From Octopus sinensis (Eukaryota), in NCBI RefSeq assembly GCF_006345805.1, contig NC_043000.1:63054001-63118000 (forward strand): a DNA stretch of 64,000 nucleotides. The letters run 5' to 3'. Shown one piece after another: positions 13,655 to 25,965 of the stretch. The notes under the pieces are model-generated. The model was given only the letters and a program-made list of their open reading frames with translations. It had not been told where the DNA came from and made no database searches. The translations under genes and the position numbers were made by a program. How positions within the stretch are numbered: the stretch's first letter is position 1; every line of letters begins with the position of its first letter.

Positions 13655-13665
13655 TATATTCTTAT

Positions 13666-14462
13666 ATTCTTTTACTTGTTTCAGTCATTTGAATGTGGCC
13701 ATGCTGGAGCACCGCCTTTAGTCGAGCAAATCGACCCCAGGACTTATTGTTTGTAAGCCTAGTACTTATTCTATCGGTCTCTTTTTTTGCCGAACCGCTA
13801 AGTTACGGGGACATAAACACACAAGCATCGGTTGTCAATATAAATATATATGCATGATGGGCTTCTTCCAGTTTCCATCTACCAAATCCACTCACAAGAC
13901 TTTGGTCGGCCCGAGGCTATCGTAGAAGACACTTGCTCATGGTGCCAGGCAGTGGTACTGAACCCAGAACCATGCGGTTAGTAAGCAAGCTACTTTATTT
14001 CAGAAATTTTGCCATAAAGGCATGATACAGAGTAGGTTGCGGGCTGGACAAAGACATTAATGAAGTGAATGATGAAAAGAATGATATTAATGGGAGAAGA
14101 CAAAAACGCCCGCCGATTTTTTGCTTCTCTAAAATATTATTCTCTTCTTTTTTTTCACAGAAAAAGACAAAACGAGGTAATGAACTTCTTACTTCAGTTT
14201 TACAATGTTTGGACAAATAGTCCATTTAAGAATTTGGTCGTTAAGCCTTTTAAACACAATAACATGCAATAAACATTTAACATTATACAATTGGCGGTGC
14301 CCCAGCATGGCCACAGCTCACTAGCTGAAACTAGAAAAATCAAAATCAAAATCAAAAACATTATAACACTGAGGCTTTTGTCACTATTCTCCACAACATC
14401 GCTTGGGCCCGTATACTCCGCCAGGTAAGCAAGATACTTATCTCACAGCCACTCCTGCGTCT
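13666..14462 (-). mobile_element. SINE family A interrupted by a 429-bp segment
   Basis: SINE sequence at 13666-13995 resumes at about 14425-14462. Confidence 0.7.
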
Positions 14463-14977
14463 ACATATATGTGTGTGTGTGTGTGTGTGTTTGTGTGTGT
14501 GTGTGCGCGTGTGTGTGCGTGTGTGTGTATGTATGTGTACCTACGATTGTACGTGTGGGTATGTGTGTGTATCTCTGTGTATGTGGAAGTGTATGTACGT
14601 GCGTGCATATATGTGCATATGTGCGTGTGTTGTGTGTGAGTGTGTTGTGTGTGTGTGTTGTGTGTGTGTGTGTGTGTGTGCGCGCAAGCGTGTGTGTATG
14701 TGTGTATTCGTGTGTGTGCGCGCGCACATGTGTGAGAGGAAGAAAGAGAGGTGTGAGCTGGAGTGTGTGTAGATGCATTGGTGTAGCCAAGCGTGTGGAG
14801 TTTTGTGTGGGGGCGGGCGTGTGTGTGTGTGTGTGCGTATGTGCGAGTGTGTGTGGGAGTATATATATATAATTATTTGAGGGAATATTAATCCTAACTT
14901 ACAGGGAAAAAAATTCAATTTAGAAATACTAAATCAAATTTCACGCAATATAATATATATATAAAATTAGAAAAAAA

Positions 14978-15259
14978 CACCTTTTATCAATTCAAAATGA
15001 ACAATTAAATTACACCATCTAGATAATTACATATAATAGAAATATTAAAATTAAAATAACAATAAAATACCAATGATTAAGTAAATTGCAAAAAAATAAT
15101 AAAAGCGTATATATTCTATCAATTATATACGTTTTTATTATTTTTTTGCAATTTACTTAATCATTGGTATTTTATTGTTATTTTAATTTTAATATTTCTA
15201 TTATATGTAATTTTCTAGATGATGTAATTTAATTGTTCATTTTGAATTGATAAAAGGTG
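14978..15259. repeat. Long inverted repeat (~135-bp arms, ~11-bp spacer)
   Basis: 14978-15112 is the near-perfect reverse complement of 15124-15259. Confidence 0.9.
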
Positions 15260-16631
15260 GTGTTTGATTGGTACTTAACTTATCGACCCCGATAGACGAA
15301 AGACAAAGTCGACCACGGCAGAAGTTGAACTCAGAATGTAAAGAGGGACGAAATGCCGTTGAGCATTTTGCCCGACATGCTAACGATTCTGCCACTTCAC
15401 AGCCTTTATATACAAATGAGAGGATGATATTACATCATGTATTGATATAACATCTATCAGTATTTTATTTGGATTTAGATAAAAAGGAGTATTTCATGGT
15501 GAAACTAAATTTGCAACTTTTATATGTTATTCATTATAGATTTACATCCGAACCTTTAATGAATTGATTACATGTTTCGTTTACCAAGCAACGTGGCAGC
15601 CTCTGCAATGGAGATTTGACTGCCATTTCTAACACTTTCAGTGACTATGTTGAATCTACATGATCGTTGTATCCGGCACAAATAGCAGCCAAATCTCAAT
15701 CAACTTACACTCCGCCGCTTTAAAAGAAATTACGTACACATTAAGTAGCGTAATCCAAGACGTGATGGTCGTGGATGGAATACTTTAATCTTAGATCTGC
15801 CCTATCAGGCTGACCTAGACATAAATAACAATAATCAAATGATTAAGTGTGCCCTCTATGGGTTCTATATTTAGGTAGTAGCTCCGCTTGCAAAACGTAG
15901 CAGCCAAATCGCCCACAGAATCATACTCTGCCATCTTAAAAAAAATAGAGGTCACACTGAATAATCTAGAGTTGGGGATACAAGACAGGCTGGGCACGGC
16001 TTGAGCACTTTCAATCATACATCTGCTTCATCAGAGCTGACTTGGAGCTAAACAATGACAGCATTCATGATTGCGTAGGTGGTGGAACGTTTGTGAGTAC
16101 AGAAATAACTATAAATATCTATGGCGTGGCGAAACGACGAAATCATCCTAGATTGGTAAAGAATGAAATAAAGAAGAATAAGTTTCAGCCGCTTGGTGAA
16201 AGTATTCCACTAGTGTCTGGTTTATTGGTCATATCGAACATGATATGGGGGTTGATTATCATAGAAATCTAAAAGAAGACAACTGACTTTTTTGTTCAAT
16301 CTGCTATATTTGAGTGTAATTAGAAGATTGACAAGCATCTAGAATAACACACAGGAAAGACACTTTCTTGAAAGATAATCCTTGTTGAGGTCCTATTGCG
16401 ATTTTTCATTGGAATGAATCTGCAATCAGACCTCGTAAACAGTATTCACACGTGAAGAGTTGTTTTCAGGGGGTAAAAACACAGACAAATACTGTTATTG
16501 TCAAGAGTTGTCACCGAAAACCGAACAAAAGATTTCTATTACGTAAATATGTAAATATGTGTTAGTGAATGTGCACGTGTTTATAGATACACCACAGTGT
16601 GTGTTTGTATGTGGGCTTGCGTATGTGTGCA

Positions 16632-16744
<113 letters not shown>

Positions 16745-16894
16745 TATATATATATGCATGTATGTATGTTTGTACGTATAAATATATATATATATATATA
16801 TATCTTTTATCTATTAATGGCTTCACTTGCGAAGACGTAATCACAGCAAAACCGGTTGTTAAGTTGTGATGGGAGACAAACACAAACATAAACA

Positions 16895-16953
<59 letters not shown>

Positions 16954-16964
16954 CGCACACACAC

Positions 16965-17355
16965 AAGATAAGAAAATAGAGAGATGACTGATAAATAATT
17001 ATTTATTAATTAAAAAATTTGACATCTCTGACAGCTGCTTCAATTCCAGACCTTTAGCAATTAATTAACAAAAATTAAAACCATTTGAAAGTCGAATTTC
17101 ATCAAAGTTAGCTAAAGATATACAAATTAGGTGTTCAATTCCCGTTACGGTTTCCAGCCGTATACTCAATATGCAGGAGTTGAACACCTAGTTTGTATAT
17201 CTTTAGCTAACTCTGATGAGATTCGACTTTTAAATGGTTTTAATTTTGTTAATAATTTTCTAAAGATCTGGAACTGAAACAGCTGTCAGAGATGTTGTCG
17301 ATTTCTTTAATTAATAAATAATTATTTATTAATTATCTCCCTATTTTCTTATCTT
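16965..17355. mobile_element. Fold-back repeat (~180-bp arms), each arm carrying a hammerhead-like motif
   Basis: Arms at 16965-17142 and 17176-17355. The right arm has CTGATGA (17213) ... GAAAC-AGCT-GTC (17276-17287). Confidence 0.7.
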
Positions 17356-17436
17356 CTTTAAATATATATAAACCACGGTTTGTCTAGTTACCTTGCAGTT
17401 GAATATCAATTGTAATTTTTTTTAGTTACCTATTAA

Positions 17437-17479
<43 letters not shown>

Positions 17480-17844
17480 GGTCCCGGGTTGAGTCGGGGT
17501 TAACCACAGTAAATAAGGTACTCAATACATAGCAGAGTAAATTAATTTATTTTATAGAAGGAGCTTCTACAGGACTAGAACTGTTTCATTCAAAAGAAAT
17601 CATCAGGAAGCTAGGTAACAAGAATAGTTTTGGCATTTATACATTTAAGCAGGTTTAAAGGGGTGGTGGGGGGGACTTTTTGGGGTAGGCATGGCGCAAA
17701 CTATCATTCTTAGGGGAGTGGTCAAAGGAATTAGTGATAAAGTAGATAAAAGAATAAATAGAATAATAGGGTTTTGGGTAAATAAGGAGACTCTCACTTA
17801 TACACATATATACACATATATATACACGTACACACACACACACA

Positions 17845-17891
<47 letters not shown>

Positions 17892-17920
17892 TACATATAT
17901 ATACACACATATATATATAT

Positions 17921-17986
<66 letters not shown>

Positions 17987-17989
<3 letters not shown>

Positions 17990-18840
17990 TATATAATTAG
18001 GGCTTAGTAAAATAAATTACTTTGCCACGTACTGAACTTTCTAGAAATAGCAGCCAAAAAGTTTTTAGCCATTTCCACTACTTTAAGAAAACTTCTCTCA
18101 GATAATTTTTACTCAAAGACAACTCACGAAGATATGGAGGTAAAAACAGTAAAATATCACAAGTACAAAGATCATTTGAGAACGTCAACGTTTCTAGATT
18201 AGCCGAAATAAAACTCAGCATTTCTTTCGTCAGCTCAACATTTCTTAATTCTGGATTTGAAAGCACTAAAAATAATGAACATACCCGTCCAACGATGTAT
18301 CACCTCAGACAAACACCTTCAAAACTGCCAGTACCAGCAAATTCAAAATGTACAAGCGAAGATTCAAGTTCCTTCCCCTTCCACCCACGTGAGTTATCTA
18401 GTAAACATATTTTAACGGTAAGCACCGTAGCAAAAAACAGAGAGAAGAGAATTATAATATCAACAATTGAGGGTAAAATTAATTAGTTATTAATCAATTT
18501 CACCAAGTAATGTTCAGTATGTAAAAGGACCATTTAAGGCGAATTCAAAATATTACATTATATAATTAGGGCTTAGTAAAATAAATTACTTTGCCACATA
18601 CTGAACTTTCTAGAAATAGCAGCCAAAAAGTTTTTAGCCATTTCCACTACTTTAAGAAAACTTCTCGCAGATAATGTTTACTCAAAGACAACTCACGAAG
18701 ATATGGAGGTAAAAACAGTAAAATATCACAAGTACAAAGATCATTTGAGTGAATTCGCCTTAAATGATCCTTTTACATACTGAACATTACTTGGTGAAAT
18801 TGATTAATAACTAATTAATTTTACCCTCAATTGTTGATAT
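17987..18840 (-). mobile_element. 569-bp-unit hammerhead repeat: 1.34 direct units plus a 91-bp inverted segment, within (TA)n
   Basis: Unit markers at 17987 and 18556. HHR-like motif on the minus strand at 18176-18238. 18750-18840 is the reverse complement of 18457-18547. Confidence 0.8.
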
Positions 18841-19283
18841 ATATATATACATATACACATATACATACACACACATATCCATATACACATGTACATATGC
18901 ACCCATTTACATACATCTACGTACACACCGATACCCATACTCATACATACACTCATATCCCTACACACATATATCTAAAACTAAATATAAATATAAATAC
19001 AAATACAAATATAAAGGGGGATATACACCCCCATACATACACGCTCATATATCTATACATACCCACACTTTGACCTCGACCCAACAGGTCAGCTCTCCCA
19101 AGGGCTTAGCCGGCCTAAAGACACCATTTATTGCTCCTTTCCCTTCCTTTCTATCTTTCTTCACACTGATACGAACACAAACACTCACACACGCACACAC
19201 ACACACACGCACACTCATACACATACACAAACGCACGTGTTATATTCATGCATACATAAGTGTACCGACTTTCACATAAACGT

Positions 19284-19328
<45 letters not shown>

Positions 19329-19334
<6 letters not shown>

Positions 19335-20054
19335 GTTTCAAATTATTAACGTTTTTTTTTATATATTTAAAAACTACTCGTTGGAATTCAATGAAATTTA
19401 CACAGAATGATGGCAACAATTATATGCGCGTGGTGTGAGATTTTACGGACGTGTAAACAAACTGGGACTATTTGCATGATTTCCACGAACTCCAGTGTTC
19501 CAAATTATGAATGAGTGGTTTGATAATCGTGTAATTATAGGTCGTAAATGTGACTTAACTGCTTCAGAGGAATTTGTTATTACTTCTGAACTTGCAAAAG
19601 GTAAATCAACATTAGAAATATATCAAATAATTGAAAGATATCATTAAACTGTGAAAATATTTGTTACATCTCCTACGAAGATACGTAAGAGAAGGTCAGT
19701 CTAATTTCAAACAAAAGATCAACTATAATTTTTGAACTCTGTTTATTTGATTATTTCTATTCCTTCCATATTTATGATTGTATGTGTTCATTTCAGTATT
19801 ACACCAAATTAAATTAGTATTTTCTAGTGTACATGCGTTTTAATTACAGCTTGTTAATAATTTGAAACAGTGAAAGTTTACGTAAATTTAGTAAATGGCC
19901 GTAGTTTCTGTGTTATTTGTGGAATCTCATGTTTTTTACACACCACGCACATATAACTGTTATCATTCTGTGAAAATTTCGTTCAGTTCTAACGAGTAGT
20001 TTTCAAATATATTTTTTTTAATTTTACGTCGTTAATAATTTTAAATGCAGTATG
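19329..20054. mobile_element. Non-autonomous DNA transposon (MITE-like) with ~110-bp imperfect TIRs, in TA context
   Basis: About 19329-19440 is an inverted match to about 19938-20054, and TA flanks both sides. Confidence 0.7.
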
Positions 20055-20071
20055 TATATATATATATATAT

Positions 20072-20868
20072 AAATTTTTATTTTTAGATATAAGTGATGT
20101 ACTCAAGTGTAGTTATGTTTTTAGCTTGTGCTTTTTCCATGATCATACGTGAGTATTTTATTTATATCCCATCGAAAGTCCTACTGAAGAAGGAATATAT
20201 CTTTTTTTATAAGATTAAGTCCGAAATTGATTCAATATAGAGATAACGAAATTTAAATTTTCTAAAGGTTAGTTGCCCGTTTTCAGTTTCAATTTTCCTG
20301 TAACAAGCGGATTATAAGTGGATAAAACAGTGTATTTGGCTTTAGAATAACCCTCTTTAGCCCTTAATTATATGATGTATATTGCAACCGTAACGGTTTT
20401 TTTAAATATACTGCCCACGCTTCCTGATGAATTTCTTTGCTGTAGAGTAAGGGACTTCATCCTATATTGCTTAGTAGTAAACTCGATGCTTGCTACAGGA
20501 GGACTGGTAACCATTACAATTTGTAGCGGCGAAAGGTCTGGACGTTGTTTTCTGAGGCTGACCAAAGAATTTTTATTTTTAGATATAAGTGATGTACTCA
20601 AGTGTAGTTATGTTTTTAGCTTGTCCTTTTTCCATGATCATACGTGAGTATTTTATTTATATCCCATCGAAAGTCCTACTGAAGAAGGAATATATTTTTT
20701 TTATAAGATTAAGTCCGAAATTGATTCAATATAGAGATAACGAAATTTAAATTTTCTAAAGGTTAGTTGCCCGTTTTCAGTTTCAATTTTCCTGTAACAA
20801 GCGGATTATAAGTGGATAAAACAGTGTATTTGGCTTTAGAATAACCCTCTTTAGCCCTTAATTATATG

Positions 20869-20870
<2 letters not shown>
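20072..20870 (+). mobile_element. 495-bp-unit tandem repeat (1.6 units) with two hammerhead motifs
   Basis: Unit markers at 20086 and 20581. CTGAAGA at 20184 and 20679, each followed by GGA...TCC-GAAA-TTGA-T-TCAA-TA. Confidence 0.8.
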
Positions 20871-20920
<50 letters not shown>

Positions 20921-20934
20921 GGTCAGTAGAAAGG

Positions 20935-21585
20935 TGTTTGACTGGCAGTTTGAAGTATGTGTGTGCGTGTATTTATGTTTTGTGTGTGTGTGTGTGTGTG
21001 GTGTGTATGCTTGCGTCTGTATGTGTGCATGCGTGTGTGAGTGTGTGTGCATTTGTGTGTAAGTGTGTGTGCATTTGTGTGTAAGTGTGTGTATGTGCGT
21101 GTGTGTATATGCGTGTGTGTATGTGCGTGTGTGTATGTGTTTGTACGTGGGGTTGTGTGTGGGGTTTTGTGTGGAGTTATATGTGCGTTCCTGTATGTGT
21201 GCGTGCGTGTGTGTACGTGTGTGTGTGCGCGCGTATGCGCGCGTATGCCCGTGTGTGTAATTGTATGTGTATATGTATGTTTTTGTGTGTTCGGGAGATA
21301 TGTGTGCGTTCCTGTGCGCGTGCGTTTGTGTGTATGTGTATGCATGTGTATGTGTGTGTGCGTGTGTGTGTATGTGTGCGTGTAGTTATGTATGTGCATG
21401 TATTTGTGCGTGTGAATGTGCGTATGTTCGTATGCGTAGGGGTGTGTACGTGGGGTTGTGTGTGTTAGGTATGTGTGCATTCCTGTGCGTGAGTGCGCAT
21501 GATTGTGTGTGCGTGTGTGTATGTATGTGTGTGCGTGTGTACGTATGTGTGTGCGCATGTATGTGTGTGTTGTGTATGTACATAT
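20935..21585. repeat. Degenerate (TG)-rich low-complexity tract
   Basis: Direct reading. Confidence 0.9.
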
Positions 21586-22307
21586 ATGTGCGGGTAAATT
21601 GTCGCCATTTTATATTTTTAATTTAGAGTATGCGCATTACTTGTTTTTGATTTTATCAACCAGCAGTAATGGTAGGGTCAGTTGGGCACCGTCTGTGAGG
21701 AAAACCACACCATGACGCAATTCACTCTGCCAGAAATTTGGAAACGACATACTGTACTGTTTGGTATTCGTGCCGAGAGCTCCATTACGAACATTTGAGA
21801 GTGTTTGGGTGTCAATCTGGGGACAGTGCAATCTGAGGACGTTATGCCTCCATTCATCTTCCTACATGCCCTCAGACTCAACAAGGAGTCCTACATATGT
21901 GACTGGAGGAGGTAGTGCTACCCTGGTTCAAGAGGCTGGCTGCTGGAAGACCCTGTGTCTGGTAACAAGACTCTTCACCAGGCCACATAAGCAGGAGAAC
22001 CCAGTTATGGCTGTCTAAAAATTTCTGCGATTACATCACTCCTAACATCTGGTCACCTAACTCTTCAGACTACAACCCCCTTGTTGAACGAGAGACCAAC
22101 AAAACTCCGCGTAACACCAACTTAAACAAGGAAATCATCCGGAAGAGTTGCAGGAGATTGAAGCAAATGGCGATTTTATTGAATAAGTTTACTCTTTAGT
22201 ATTTCAAGATATTTTATGCAATTTTTGTAAATATATCTGTTAAAATGAGTGTCAGTGTTATTTTCATTTTTGCGTAATTTAGACGACAGTTTGTTCACCG
22301 TACCCTG
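21585..22307 (+). mobile_element. Internally deleted Tc1/mariner-superfamily element (maT/DD37D-like)
   Basis: EDVMPPFIF, EVVLPW, VW*QDSSPGH and IWSPNSSDYNP motifs. The right end reads ACAGGGT on the minus strand. Confidence 0.7.
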
Positions 22308-22334
22308 TGTGCGTATGTGTTTATATATATATAT

Positions 22335-22616
22335 GGAGGCGCAATGGCCCAGTGGTTTGAGCAGCGACATCGCGGTTGTAGAATCGCGGTTTCGATTCCC
22401 AGACCGGGCGTTGTGAGTGTTTATTGAGCGAAAACACCTAAAGTTCCACGAGGCTCCGGCAGGGGTGGTGGCGATCACTGCTGTACTCTTTCGCCATAAC
22501 TCTCTCTCCCTCTTTCTTCTCTGGGCCTGCTCGCTTAGCCAGCGGGATGGCGTCATTTGAAGGCTAAAACAATGCGATGTGTAGCAACATCTGATAGCCT
22601 GGTCGGTCACAGTGAT
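22335..22616 (+). mobile_element. tRNA-derived SINE family D2 with RTE-derived middle and tail
   Basis: The head and body match 12691-12870. 22524-22577 and 22591-22616 match the adjacent RTE 5' region and 3' end. Confidence 0.85.
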
Positions 22617-22644
22617 ATATATATATATATATATATGGATATAC

Positions 22645-22691
<47 letters not shown>

Positions 22692-22693
<2 letters not shown>

Positions 22694-23813
22694 GTCAGGT
22701 CGCTCTAGAGTGCTACTGGTAACATGTAATCCAGTACAACCTGTTGCATGGTCGGGACGTCGGCGACTAAACTGACAACCCCACCAGGTTCGCTTGGTGA
22801 GGAGGGTGCTGTTGGACTCCCTGTGGGATGGAAAAATAAGACCCAACAAAGGGCGGATGAACTCCTGAAGAGTCAACGGCCATCCAACAAAATACCGGCC
22901 TGCCCGCCCAGCCAGTGGGATGGCGTCATCTTATGGCTAAAACAGCACGAAGAACGAAGAGAAAAGGAAAAGGGCCTCAGTACCCTGCACGTCAATCGGG
23001 CTACTCCATGACGATGGAGTGCAACTCGAGCGACGAGAGGCTGCTAAGAATCACAGGTTCCCGAAAGCCGTCATGGAACAGGACTAAACTTGCCATACGC
23101 ATCTACAACTGCAGAGTGGCAAGAACTGAACCACCTAATGGAGGAGAGGAAGAAGATCAGGTGCGACGTGTTAGGGCTGTGCGAGACACGCTGGAAGAAG
23201 GAAGCGAGTATACGATGGCAAGATGGATGCATTGTGAGATTAGGAAGAGCAGAAGGTGCTAGATCGGTCGGAGGTATCGGAGAGTAAGGGCCGGATGGAA
23301 GGCATTCAATGGCATAAGGGATGTGCTCAAGGGAAGGTTGGACAGGACCACCCGCGCCAACCTCATTAACAGTGCAGTTCTGCCTGCAATGTTATATGGT
23401 AGTGAAACATGGGCTACCACAAAGAGAGAAGAGCAAAGACTGATAACGGCTCAAAGAGCCATGCAAAGGTCAATGCTTGGTATCTCGTTGAGAGAGCACA
23501 TAAATAGCAGCAGCATCAGAAAGAAGTCCAGCGTGAGAGATGTCATCGCAGAGTATACTCGCAGCAAGTATAGATAGGCTGGACACGTCGCCCGGCTCAC
23601 CGATAATCGGTGGACGCACACAGTTGTCGAGTGGTACCCGCGTGAGCGGAAAAGACCACCCGGAAGACCTCCACGACGGTGGAGTGACGATTTCAAGAGG
23701 ACGATTGGGATCACGTGGATGAGAGAGGCGCGATCCAGAGAGGAGTGGACAGCGTGCTGTGACCAGCGGTGTCAAATGGACGCCTGACGGACTGGTCGGT
23801 CAAAGTGATCAAA

Positions 23814-23818
<5 letters not shown>
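22692..23818 (+). mobile_element. Internally deleted RTE-clade LINE (5' UTR + APE N-terminus joined to post-RT C-terminus + 3' end)
   Basis: IRCDVLGLCETRW...GGIG (APE) is joined at about 23278 to RRVRAGWKAF...AMLYGSETW...AGHVAR...GRPPRRWSDD. Stop at 23785-23787. Tail (CAAAGTGAT)x2. Confidence 0.9.
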
Positions 23819-23879
<61 letters not shown>

Positions 23880-24059
23880 TAGATAGATAGATAGATAGAT
23901 AATTCTTTACCTGCTTTTATATATTGCACTGCGGCCATACAGACCGCTCTTTAACAGCTGTCTTTGATCCTTTGTCATTTTGTGCAGCCTATAAAATATT
24001 TTGAAAACTAACGCCCCACTCTTTGTTAATTTGCCTGTAAATAGCTCATTAATCATAAA

Positions 24060-24075
24060 ATTATTATTATTATTA

Positions 24076-24133
<58 letters not shown>

Positions 24134-24180
24134 CATCATTATTATCATTATTATTATTATTATTATAGTTGTTGTTGTTA
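24060..24180. repeat. (TTA)n microsatellite
   Basis: Direct reading. Confidence 0.95.
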
Positions 24181-24339
24181 TGCATATGGAAGGTTACTAT
24201 CATCCACGTATTTGCCCTGACAAGTAATTCGAAAAAAAATAACAATGGTACGAATTTATTTTTAAATAATGAACATGAGCATAACTGCAAAGCAAAAAAT
24301 AATGCAAAACAGCAATCTATAAGTTTATATATAAATTTG

Positions 24340-24665
24340 TGTGTGCTCTGACTTTGACGATAGTTTGATCATTTCTCACCGTTAGATTCAATGGCTGCCA
24401 AAGTCGCAAGTCTCTTCTTGTAGTTATTTTTAATCATTTTCATTGCTTGGTTAAAATTGTTACGCGGCACTGAATCATTTTTCGACTAAGTGCGACGAAA
24501 GAAAAACAATAAGTAGTAATTTTATTTTCTTACCAAAGCTTAAAATTCTTAGCCGGAATGCTTCATATTCATTTTGTTGAAACAATGTAACTTCAAAATG
24601 ATTCTGTAAACTTATTAGTTCTTCCAATAGATTTGAATACACAAACGCGCTGGAAACAGACATAT
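24340..24665 (-). mobile_element. Possible decayed hAT transposase C-terminal fragment
   Basis: AMKMIKN...KRLATLAAIE on the minus strand resembles the hAT dimerisation motif; heavily decayed. Confidence 0.35.
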
Positions 24666-25235
24666 CTATGGTCTTAAGAGTATTTTCATTTCATCAGAGT
24701 TTTTTAATCTGGTTACCATATCTTTCAGAGCCCTTTGGAAACGGTGGAATCTCATCTATTAAGGCTCTGTTTCTTTTTCTTTTTGTAAAATGCAATTTGC
24801 TGATAAAAGGATTTAAACTCATTTTGGTTTAGTATGAATTGTATTGATCTTCAACAATTTTAATGTTCATCCCATTTAATTCGTTGAGTATATTAGAAAG
24901 AAAATAGCTATCACACGTTTGTTTTTTCTACTCATTACACCTTATCTCATTTACGTGACTTAAAACAATTTGAAACAGTGCCTTTAGAAATCTTTAGACT
25001 TCAGAAGGCTATGGAACATTGGTATATATTAAAAGTTACTCAAATTCTTGTTCATACTCATGATGAAGTTCATGAAAATATTGATATTCAAAAGGGAAGC
25101 TTTTATGTTATTCATTGCCTTAATATACTGAGCAAAATGTCATGCAGTTGTAGCGAATATCATATGTTATCATATTCGTGGCGTGCCAGTGACTCGAGCG
25201 TATATCCAAAAATTGCAATTTCCATTTTTCAACAT

Positions 25236-25400
25236 AGGCGTAGGAATGGCTGTGTGTGGTAAGTAGCTTGCTTACCAACCACATGGTTCCGGGTTCAGTC
25301 CCACTGCGTGGCACCTTGGGCAAGTGTCTTCTACCATAGCCTCGGGCCGACCAAAGCCTTGTGAGTGGATTTGGTAGACTGAAACTGAAAGAAGCCCGTC

Positions 25401-25459
<59 letters not shown>

Positions 25460-25680
25460 TACGTGTGTGTATATGTTTGTGTATCTGTGTTTGTCCCCCC
25501 AACATCGCTTGACAACCGATGTTGGTGTGTTTACGTTTCTGTAACTTAGCGGTTCGGCAAAACAGACCGATAGAATAAGTACTAGGCTTACAAAGAATAA
25601 GTCCTGGGGTCGATTTGTTCAACTAAAGGCTGTGCTCCAGCATCGCGACAGTCAAATGACTGAAACAAGTAAAAGAGTAA
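25236..25680 (+). mobile_element. SINE family A, full length
   Basis: A/B boxes, central (TA)n and family tail. Confidence 0.9.
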
Positions 25681-25714
25681 CCGTACAAGATTAACCTTAA
25701 CGTTAAAATAGCTA

Positions 25715-25965
25715 AATACAGGAGTTTCAACAAAGAAGTGGAAAAGCGTTTAAGAAGAGATAAAAAAGATTCTTGTAAGTGGACACTGATAAGGCGGATA
25801 AATTAACTATCCAATGCAGGAGACAGCAAAGGAGCCAGAAAACTTACGGAATAATATACAAAATTACAAGTAAAATATAGAGCTCTAAACAACTACCCGT
25901 GGGAAACTAATATCATATGATATAAACATCTTGGAAAGATGGAGGAAATATTTCGACAGTCAGGA
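25715..25965 (+). mobile_element. Decayed LINE (RTE-like) EN-RT linker fragment
   Basis: KYRSFNKEVEKRLRRDKK and ILERWRKYFDS peptides. Confidence 0.5.

Noticed and set aside
25236-25310. tRNA genes at SINE heads
   Set aside because: They have A/B boxes but no complete cloverleaf, and they continue into SINE bodies.
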